IMG/VR virus record: IMGVR_UViG_3300028800_000010
Location: 2,637 to 66,636 of that record
Source of the DNA: a virus
Strand: one strand, 5' to 3'
Length of the DNA stretch: 64,000 bases
Shown here: in pieces, positions 57,241 through 64,000 of the stretch
Layout: each line of letters starts with the position of its first letter
Numbering within the stretch: position 1 is the first letter of the stretch
Position numbers and translations under genes: made by a program
Notes under the pieces: generated by a model
The model's database searches: none
The model's input: the letters and a program-made list of their open reading frames with translations, nothing else
What the model was told of the DNA's origin: nothing

Positions 57241-57534
57241 GTGAAGAAGCAGAAGCCGCGGGTATGTGTGCTGGTCAAGCGCCAGGAGTATGAGCCGGTG
57301 CTTCCGGGCCGCGAGTGTGCGAGCCGCATGCACGGTCACATGACCTACGAGAAGGCCGACGAGCTGGTCGACCAGGGGTTAGCCGAATGGATCAAGATCG
57401 AAAAGATTTCGCGCTCGGGCAAGGTGACGCAGGCGCAGGTAAACGGGATTCGGCTGATTCCGCGGCGGAACTGGCGGGCGAAAGCCTCCCGGTACGCTGG
57501 CCGAAGTGTGAAGGTGATGCAGCTGGTGCATTGA
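57241..57534 (+). CDS. basic hypothetical protein (start uncertain)
   Basis: Phage-like codon usage; ADELV.QG.AEW. Confidence 0.5.
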   Translation: MKKQKPRVCVLVKRQEYEPVLPGRECASRMHGHMTYEKADELVDQGLAEWIKIEKISRSGKVTQAQVNGIRLIPRRNWRAKASRYAGRSVKVMQLVH

Positions 57535-57643
57535 GGGTGCGGGTCAGGGTGTTTGTGCAGATGCCGAGCGACCGCGGCCCCTGGATGACGCGCAGCAAAG
57601 GGCCGGTGTTTACGACGTCGTGGAGGGCACGCAAACTGTGACG

Positions 57644-57859
57644 ATGTACGGCATCCGCGCACCGAAGTTCTTCAATACCCGCAAGGGCCGGAATGCGGAT
57701 GTGATCGTGCGAGGCCGCGGCGTCGTTGGGATGAAGCTTTTGCCGGGGACGGGCAATATGGCCGATAGCCTGGTGTCGTGGAAGTGCCGGCAGCAGAAGC
57801 ACGGGGAATGCACGAAGCTGGGATGCCCTTGCCTATGCGGCCATCCGGAGAAGCAATGA
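57644..57859 (+). CDS. small Cys-rich protein
   Basis: C...H..C...C.C.C.H; ATGA coupling. Confidence 0.45.
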   Translation: MYGIRAPKFFNTRKGRNADVIVRGRGVVGMKLLPGTGNMADSLVSWKCRQQKHGECTKLGCPCLCGHPEKQ

Positions 57860-58275
57860 TCCAGATCGACAGCGCGAAAGTGAAGGGCGAGCCGGGTACC
57901 GGCTATGAGGCCTCGGACGGCAAGGGCCCATTCGCGTGTTCTAACTGCAACTACTTCCGTCCCGGCGACCAGATAGTGTACACAGGGCCCGGCGGTCAGG
58001 ATCCGCAGACGCCGAACATGGCCGAGAAGGGCATGGGCAGTTGCGGCCAGCAGACCATGGTGCAGGTATCGAAGCAGCCGAAGACGCCCGATGGCCGGGT
58101 CGAAGTCGATCCCGAGGGCTGCTGCGAATACGTCGAGCGCAAGGGCTCGGCCAAGAAGGACGCATTCAAGGCCGCGACCGATGCGCGGCAGAATTCAAAG
58201 GCGCCGTTCAATGGCGGAAGCAGCGCACCCGCCCCGGGGGCCGGCTCTGGTGGCTCTGCTCCCGGATCGTTCTGA
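57856..58275 (+). CDS. Cys-rich protein (HiPIP-like Cys spacing)
   Basis: Y...CSNC.YF...C...V.PEGCC.. Confidence 0.55.
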   Translation: MIQIDSAKVKGEPGTGYEASDGKGPFACSNCNYFRPGDQIVYTGPGGQDPQTPNMAEKGMGSCGQQTMVQVSKQPKTPDGRVEVDPEGCCEYVERKGSAKKDAFKAATDARQNSKAPFNGGSSAPAPGAGSGGSAPGSF

Positions 58276-58296
58276 CCTGGGATCGTTTCTGAAGAG

Positions 58297-58527
58297 GTGA
58301 CTATGGTCTTTGTCTACCTTTACCTGATTGCGGCGCTTGCGACGTTTGCCTGCTACGCACTTCCGCCCACCAAGTACGCGCAGTCGGTGCAGAAGAAGAT
58401 GTTTCACGTCTTCGCAGGGCGCCTCGTGTGGATGTGGTTTCTGATTGTGTTTTGCTCGATGCTCTGGCCGGTCGTGGTGTACTTCATCCTGTTCGATCCG
58501 GCAATCGGGCTCGAGAGTTACGAATAA
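58297..58527 (+). CDS. small two-TM membrane protein
   Basis: GAGG RBS; two hydrophobic helices. Confidence 0.55.
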   Translation: MTMVFVYLYLIAALATFACYALPPTKYAQSVQKKMFHVFAGRLVWMWFLIVFCSMLWPVVVYFILFDPAIGLESYE

Positions 58528-58529
58528 GT

Positions 58530-58605
58530 TTGCGGTCAGATGGTGGCCAGACGGCAAGGCTCACGGCGACTAGGATCGCCGCAGTCCCTGGGACACTGAC
58601 CGCAA
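58530..58605 (+). ncRNA. tRNA-like cloverleaf structured element (non-canonical)
   Basis: 10-bp closing stem TTGCGGTCAG/CTGACCGCAA enclosing three hairpins; no TTCG T-loop, no CCA. Confidence 0.35.
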
Positions 58606-58723
58606 TTCGATCTACATACAACCCACAATGACGCAGTGAAGCCGGCGGTCGCGAAACGATTTCCGGCGAGGCATGAGAAGGGCAGCCCTGACCGGCTGCC
58701 CTTAGCCTTTGAAGCGAAACAAT

Positions 58724-59014
58724 ATGACGAGCCGCCTCGAGCTCTACCACCATCCGCAAGCCGACGTGTACGAGTGCCTGGGATGCGGGCAGTATCTCGA
58801 GACCCCGCGCTGGGCGGTTTTAAAGAACGGCCAGCCGGCGGTAGTGATCAAGAACAACCAGGAGAATCGCCTGGTGTGGCTTGAGCTGATGGAGATGGAC
58901 CACGCCGCCTGTGGTCTGTTCAAGGATGCGCGTATGGCGGAGGAAGCGCGGCGTTTCCGGACGCCTAGGGTTCATCGTGGGAGCCATCGCTACCCGGCGC
59001 CGGCGGCGTCTTGA
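58724..59014 (+). CDS. zinc-binding hypothetical protein
   Basis: CLGC...H..C. Confidence 0.5.
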   Translation: MTSRLELYHHPQADVYECLGCGQYLETPRWAVLKNGQPAVVIKNNQENRLVWLELMEMDHAACGLFKDARMAEEARRFRTPRVHRGSHRYPAPAAS

Positions 59015-59069
59015 GCATAAGGAAGAGCTGAGAAACCGCGGCATTCAGCCGGCTCGGATTCACCGCGTC

Positions 59070-59423
59070 ATGGGCGTGCGCATCACGGCGATTCTGATGC
59101 CGGACTGGGCGCGGGCTCGAAGCATCGAGGGGCTGAGCGTTTCCGATTCCTTCGGCTGGTTCCGTCCGAGTGACGCGCGGTTTCTGATGCGCCTCGACCG
59201 GGAAGCCGGCGGGGAACCGCGAAGCGCCGAAGCCGAGTACCGGCGTTGCGAAGTATGTGGCCGGCCTCTGATCGGCGAGGCGGCCAGGATGCGCAGAGAG
59301 TTAGACGAGTCGTGCCGTACGGGCCGCCAGTTGCCGTGCGGCCAGGAATGCCTGGACGCAGCGCGAGACGGACGCTGGAGGGCCCCAGATGCCCAACGTC
59401 GAAGAGGGCGAACCGGCATTTAA
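59070..59423 (+). CDS. zinc-binding hypothetical protein
   Basis: CEVC...CGQEC. Confidence 0.5.
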   Translation: MGVRITAILMPDWARARSIEGLSVSDSFGWFRPSDARFLMRLDREAGGEPRSAEAEYRRCEVCGRPLIGEAARMRRELDESCRTGRQLPCGQECLDAARDGRWRAPDAQRRRGRTGI

Positions 59424-59598
59424 GCCGGGCGACCTGGTCGAGCATCGCACCGGGTTCTTTGAAGGCAAGGGAGAGGTTTTGAAGAACGTGCATACACGGC
59501 ATGGATGGTTTACGCAGGTGATTCACCGGGGAGCGGGCGGCGAGATGCTGATTACGCCGTGCACGCCCTCGAACCTCAAGAAGGAGCCTCGATGCTGA
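59389..59598 (+). CDS. small SH3/KOW-like protein
   Basis: GGAGG RBS; FKPGDLV.H...G.V. Confidence 0.55.
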   Translation: MPNVEEGEPAFKPGDLVEHRTGFFEGKGEVLKNVHTRHGWFTQVIHRGAGGEMLITPCTPSNLKKEPRC

Positions 59599-61190
59599 AG
59601 CGTTTACTGCTCGCGGCTCTATGCCTCATTCCGTTCCACGCCCTCGCTCAGTACACGGCGCCCTATGTGGGGCTGACCGGGACGCTCTCTTCCTCGAACG
59701 GCATGCCCGCCTCGGGCTACATCCTCACGCTGGTCCCCTCGCAGCCGATGTACGTGGGCGGGACTTCGATCGTGGTCTCGAATGCCAATTGCGGCACGGA
59801 CTCAAACGGCGCGATTGTGGGCACACCGAACCCGGTCGGCCCCGCAGTGCTCGCGGCGAACCCGGGAACCGGCACGCTGCCGCCCGCGAACTACTACGTC
59901 GTCATCACCTGGTACGACTCTTACAGCCATCAGACGCTGGCCTCTCCTGAACGCATGGTCCAGTTGACCTTGGCCGGCAACATCGCGGTATCGCCACCGG
60001 TCGCAGGCGCACCGCTGTCAGCCACGGGCATGAACGTTTATATCGGCACGAGCTCCGGCGCCGAGACCTATCAGGGGCACACCACGAACCCCGCTTCGAC
60101 CTACACGCAATCGATTCCGCTGGTCGCAGGCGCGGCGTTGCCGACGTTTAATAACACCGTCTGCATCACGGTCGCCAACGATGCCGCGTGGCCGATCGGC
60201 GGCTATCAGCTGAACTTCACGACGCAGGCCGGCAATAACGTGCCCGGCTACCCGCAGCAGGTCCAGTTCATCGGGCCGGGATCCGCCTTCAATCTCTCGA
60301 ATGGCCTTCCGCTCTGGAACGGCCGCGTGACCTTCCCGGTCCCGATCGTCACCCTGCCTTACAATCACAACGCGCAATCGATCTCAGGACCCCTGTCCTT
60401 TGTCGGGTACAACATCTACTCGATTGGTCATGTGGGCGTCGGCACTGCGTTGCCCGCCTGGGGCGTCGATGTTGAAGGCACGGGCGCTGCAGCGGCGATC
60501 AACGCGAATCAAGGGTATCTGGTCAACGGCAACGGTGGCACGGTGAATCAGGGCCTCTGCTCGGACGGGACCTATTTTGACCAGGCCTGCACGTTCGTTA
60601 CGACCCTGCCGACGCTTTACTACCAGACGGTGCTCGACGGGCCGCACGGAACCGATGCACTTGCGCAGACCAGTTATCTGGCCGCGGGCGCGGGCACGGG
60701 TCTCGACGCGACCAATCAGGCCGCGGGCGGCGGCGGCATCGTTGCGCGTACGCAGCTGAGCGTGCACACGCCGGCCTCGATCGGGACCTATCCGAACGTG
60801 GTGATGTCGGCGGGCTCAGAGACCTTGAACCGCTTCGCCTGCTGGGCCGGGCCCGGAGCGATCGTCGATTCGACAGCGCCTTGCGCAAGTTCAGGCGTCA
60901 ACCAGTGGGTGACGTTCACCTCCTGCGTGCCGCCGACCGATGGCGACAACCAGGTCTGCCAGGGTGGCCCGATAAGCTGGCCGGTGGCTTTTGCCGATTC
61001 GAGTTATCACCTCGACTCCTGCATGGTTGACGACTCGAGCACTTCCTCTGCTTCTCCGCCGCCGACTGCATTTGTGCAGACCCATGGGCAGAGCGCATCC
61101 GGTTTCAGTTACTCGCTGACCGCGGTCAAGGGATCTTCGGGGCCTTACCCCTATTCCTGGCCGGTCACCTGTCACGCATTTCACCCTTAG
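59592..61190 (+). CDS. signal-peptide-bearing tail fibre-like protein
   Basis: AAGGAG RBS; ALA-Q signal; GHVGVGTALP..GVDV.G fibre motif; C-terminal ISWPVAF...SGF tip-like domain; 10 Cys in mature part. Confidence 0.7.
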   Translation: MLKRLLLAALCLIPFHALAQYTAPYVGLTGTLSSSNGMPASGYILTLVPSQPMYVGGTSIVVSNANCGTDSNGAIVGTPNPVGPAVLAANPGTGTLPPANYYVVITWYDSYSHQTLASPERMVQLTLAGNIAVSPPVAGAPLSATGMNVYIGTSSGAETYQGHTTNPASTYTQSIPLVAGAALPTFNNTVCITVANDAAWPIGGYQLNFTTQAGNNVPGYPQQVQFIGPGSAFNLSNGLPLWNGRVTFPVPIVTLPYNHNAQSISGPLSFVGYNIYSIGHVGVGTALPAWGVDVEGTGAAAAINANQGYLVNGNGGTVNQGLCSDGTYFDQACTFVTTLPTLYYQTVLDGPHGTDALAQTSYLAAGAGTGLDATNQAAGGGGIVARTQLSVHTPASIGTYPNVVMSAGSETLNRFACWAGPGAIVDSTAPCASSGVNQWVTFTSCVPPTDGDNQVCQGGPISWPVAFADSSYHLDSCMVDDSSTSSASPPPTAFVQTHGQSASGFSYSLTAVKGSSGPYPYSWPVTCHAFHP

Positions 61191-61326
61191 AAGTTTCCGA
61201 GCGCCCGCGACCCCTACCCGCGGCGATGCGCGCCCGTTTCGCCCCATCCCGCCTGAGCCGGTGCTCGAGCGGCCGACAAACTTTCTAGCCGGCACGACTT
61301 CAGTTGTGCCATGAGGAGAAATCGCA

Positions 61327-62271
61327 ATGCGAAAGGCTCTTGCCCTTCTTGCGCTCCTGTTCGCGTCCGTCGCACCTCCGCTCGCAGTCGCCCAGGGCGC
61401 TCTGCCTCCGACCAGCGTGACGGCCGAACAGTTCAATCAGTGGAGTTTCCAATCGCAGGCGGCGAATTCCTACATCTTCGCCGGCACCAATTGCCAGGCA
61501 TATCCCCAGGTCAACGGGCTTCTGCCTTCCTTCTTCGTGTTCGGCCCGACGGCGAACCCCTATCCGGTGTTCATCCGCGACGCCAACCCCTCGAACTCCG
61601 AGATCGTGACGCCGTCCGCGACTTCAAACGTCGCCGGCGCCTGCGGCTTCTCGGCTTCGCCCGCGAACCAGCACATCAGCTTTACGGTGAGCTCGGGCAC
61701 GGCAGGGCTCCAGGAAGCGGTCGGCACGCTCGGGTCAACAGCGACTCCGGCAGTTCCCTGGTCGGTGATTCTCGATCGCACGTTCTATCAGCTCGTGGGC
61801 GGCCTGCCTTCGGGCTCGGTGCCGTCGATCATCGACAAGCTGAAAGGCTCGGTCAATGTCCAGCTTGTGGACGTGACGACCGCGCCTTACTCCTACTACG
61901 TCTATAACGGCACCAAGTACGTGCCGCGCGGCGGAGCTACCACTCCACCGACCTTGGCCGTCACAGGCGCCGGCGCCGGCACCGGACCGGCCTCGACCTC
62001 GATCACCGGATCCTCGATTGCGGGGACTGTAGCCTTCACCACAGGCACCACCCCGACAGCTTCGGCCGCGGTCTTCACCATGACCTATCCGACTGTCGCC
62101 AATGGCGGCCCGAGCTACGCGATCGCCTGCACCTTTACTTCGATTGGCGCGAATGCGTACACCACGGGCACGTCGGCGACCACCGGTACTCCTGAGGTTG
62201 TCACGTTCACCGCGAGCGCGACGGCGCTGACCGCGTCGACGGCGTACGTCTTCAACTACCACTGCAATTAA
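61327..62271 (+). CDS. signal-peptide-bearing structural-like protein
   Basis: GAGGAG RBS; AVA-Q signal; Thr/Gly-rich; 4 Cys; own terminator. Confidence 0.7.
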   Translation: MRKALALLALLFASVAPPLAVAQGALPPTSVTAEQFNQWSFQSQAANSYIFAGTNCQAYPQVNGLLPSFFVFGPTANPYPVFIRDANPSNSEIVTPSATSNVAGACGFSASPANQHISFTVSSGTAGLQEAVGTLGSTATPAVPWSVILDRTFYQLVGGLPSGSVPSIIDKLKGSVNVQLVDVTTAPYSYYVYNGTKYVPRGGATTPPTLAVTGAGAGTGPASTSITGSSIAGTVAFTTGTTPTASAAVFTMTYPTVANGGPSYAIACTFTSIGANAYTTGTSATTGTPEVVTFTASATALTASTAYVFNYHCN

Positions 62272-62293
62272 GCGACTTGTTGCACTGGCCTCC

Positions 62294-62325
62294 CCCTGCC
62301 GGCAACCCCGGCAGGGACTTTTTTT
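62294..62325 (+). terminator. intrinsic terminator
   Basis: CCCTGCCGG-CAACC-CCGGCAGGG followed by T7. Confidence 0.8.
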
Positions 62326-62343
62326 CAAGGAAATCAAGCTTTG

Positions 62344-63147
62344 ATGCGTAAGATCCTGCTCCTGTTTGCGCTCCTTTGGTCGCTCTGGCCCTCGCTCGGT
62401 CACGCGCAAGTGATCGGTGTGCAGCCGACGCCCATCGGGCTCTACGGGTGGAATTCGAATTCGAACTCCTTCGTCCAGACGCCGAACACCTACGCGCTGT
62501 TTCCGGCGCAATCGACGCCGCAGCCGTTTGCCTTCTATGGCTGGAACTCGACGCTCCACCAGTGGGTTCCCTGCGACACGGTGACGGTCTCCTGCCCCAT
62601 CAACGGTGTGGGCTTGAATGTTTCTTTCAGCGCGATCACGAGCGGGCAGAACAACCAGGCCGTGATGACGGTCGGCCCGGGCGCTTCGCTTGGCTATGTG
62701 ACGGGCGGCTCGATCAATGCTTCAGCGATTGCGGGCTGCCAGATAAGCGGGACGCCGGTCGCGGGCAACATCCTGGTGGCGACCTCTCCGACCGCGTGCG
62801 GGTGGCAGACGCAACCCTGGAGCTGCCAGACGGGCACGGGCGACGGCGTGAGCGCCATCGCAGCCCAGACGTATCCGCAGTACTTCTGCCTGAACGATAC
62901 GGGCAAGACGGTCACGATCACCTCGATCCGCTGCCTTACCGACAATAACGGGTCGAGTTCTCTGAGCGTCACCAATGGCGCCGGCACAAGCCTTTTGACC
63001 GGGCCGATCACCTGTTCGAACTCCTGGGCAGCGGGAACGCAGTCGGCGACGGTGACGCTTGCGGCCGGCGACTATGTAAAGTTCGCCTTTACATCCGACG
63101 GCGCCTCGCTTCAGTCGTCGTGGGAAGTGGGAGGGTGGCACCTGTGA
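62344..63147 (+). CDS. signal-peptide-bearing fibre-like protein
   Basis: GHA-Q signal; duplicated YGWNS motif; FSAITSG.N..M.VG.GASL fibre-like motif; 8 Cys. Confidence 0.7.
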   Translation: MRKILLLFALLWSLWPSLGHAQVIGVQPTPIGLYGWNSNSNSFVQTPNTYALFPAQSTPQPFAFYGWNSTLHQWVPCDTVTVSCPINGVGLNVSFSAITSGQNNQAVMTVGPGASLGYVTGGSINASAIAGCQISGTPVAGNILVATSPTACGWQTQPWSCQTGTGDGVSAIAAQTYPQYFCLNDTGKTVTITSIRCLTDNNGSSSLSVTNGAGTSLLTGPITCSNSWAAGTQSATVTLAAGDYVKFAFTSDGASLQSSWEVGGWHL

Positions 63148-63887
63148 AGACGCTCGCAGCCCTTCTCCTGCTTCTCGTGTTTCCGTCCTTCTCGGCCGCT
63201 CAGGTGATACTCGGCGCGCACCGGCAGTCGGTGTCCTGCGTGGCTCCGGCGATCACGACGCGCCTCGCGCCCTATAACCCGGCGAACACCTGCACCGGCG
63301 GGTGTACAAACGGGAACCCCATCGCCAATTTGGCTGACTTCGACGATGGGCGCTCGGCGCCGGACTCGCACGGGGCCGCTACCTATACGACCGGCGTCTT
63401 AAGCCAGCCGATCATGCGCTTCTCGAACACGGTCTCGGGATACGTGTATACGGTGACGCCCTTGGTCGGAACCTACTACGTCATCGCCAACACATCCTGC
63501 AGCTTTTGCACTTTGGGCGCCGGCAATAACGGCGATCAATCGCTGAATTGGCGCATCAATTCAGACACGATCCAGGTGAACTCGCAGGGGCAGGCTGTTC
63601 TGGTCACGACCTCGACCGGAGTCACGGGCGCGTGGCACCTGTTCATCCTCGAATACGATTCTTCGAACAACGTCACCGTCCGGATGTGCAACGGGGGATC
63701 CTGCTCGATCATCGGCAGCGGCAACGCAGGCTCGCATATCCCGGGAGCTGGCATGCTCTCGCTCGGCGCAATGGCGGGGCTTGATGCGTCGTTTCTGGGC
63801 GACATGGCCGAGTTTGGATACGACGTTTCGTCTTCCTATTCACCCACGGCGCTCGCCGCCTGGTCATGGTGCTGGTACCACGTATGA
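63144..63887 (+). CDS. signal-peptide-bearing LamG/ConA-like lectin
   Basis: SAA-Q signal; WHL...YD, FLGDMAEF.Y LamG-like motifs; 8 Cys. Confidence 0.65.
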   Translation: MKTLAALLLLLVFPSFSAAQVILGAHRQSVSCVAPAITTRLAPYNPANTCTGGCTNGNPIANLADFDDGRSAPDSHGAATYTTGVLSQPIMRFSNTVSGYVYTVTPLVGTYYVIANTSCSFCTLGAGNNGDQSLNWRINSDTIQVNSQGQAVLVTTSTGVTGAWHLFILEYDSSNNVTVRMCNGGSCSIIGSGNAGSHIPGAGMLSLGAMAGLDASFLGDMAEFGYDVSSSYSPTALAAWSWCWYHV

Positions 63888-63901
63888 GGAGAAATCAGCC
63901 G

Positions 63902-64000
63902 ATGAAACGATTCCTGCTGATGGCAGTACTTCTGGTGTTCGCCGGCTTCGGTCGTGGCGCGCTTGCACAGAACTACGGCGCCGAGATCTACGCGGCCGGC
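63902..64000 (+). CDS. 5' end of another signal-peptide protein
   Basis: GAGGAG RBS; MKRFLLMAVLLVFAGFGRGALA-Q. Confidence 0.65.
   Translation, partial: MKRFLLMAVLLVFAGFGRGALAQNYGAEIYAAG

Noticed and set aside
1-64000. TAG stop-codon reassignment
   Set aside because: Many clear genes (portal, scaffold, terS, terL, int) end properly at TAG with tight downstream packing
1-64000. Diversity-generating retroelement or retron acting on the fibre genes
   Set aside because: No reverse transcriptase and no TR/VR repeat pair seen in the window

Overview
This window is most of the genome of a temperate, podovirus-like tailed phage in high-GC DNA. An Acidobacteria-like host is inferred from the signal-peptide style and the Fis-like and receiver-like genes. 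The phage is seen in excised or circularly permuted form: an intact attP (3' half of tRNA-fMet plus arm repeats) lies internally at ~50.5 kb, and the virion module wraps across the window ends. The + strand from 0-33.6 kb encodes lysis, portal, scaffold, capsid, tail, ejection proteins and terminase. The - strand from 33.6-48.6 kb carries early and accessory genes, including GroES/GroEL, a J-domain protein, a BCS1-like AAA ATPase, an HD hydrolase and a frameshifted Dam-like methylase. Two tyrosine recombinases follow, then a cluster of tail-fibre-like genes. No DNA polymerase, primase, helicase or classical CI repressor was recognised. Most notable observations: (1) tail-fibre/lectin-like proteins that all carry Sec signal peptides and even numbers of Cys, suggesting periplasm-folded virion parts; (2) an oriC-like DnaA-box/DnaA-trio locus; (3) a RelA/SpoT + 2H-phosphoesterase + zeta-kinase polyvalent protein; (4) a five-site TATGAC-N5-GTCATA operator; (5) a Hint-domain ejection protein with a probable ATT start next to an inverted LAGLIDADG gene; (6) a G11-tract frameshift in the methylase. 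All calls come from motif recognition by eye; no searches were run.
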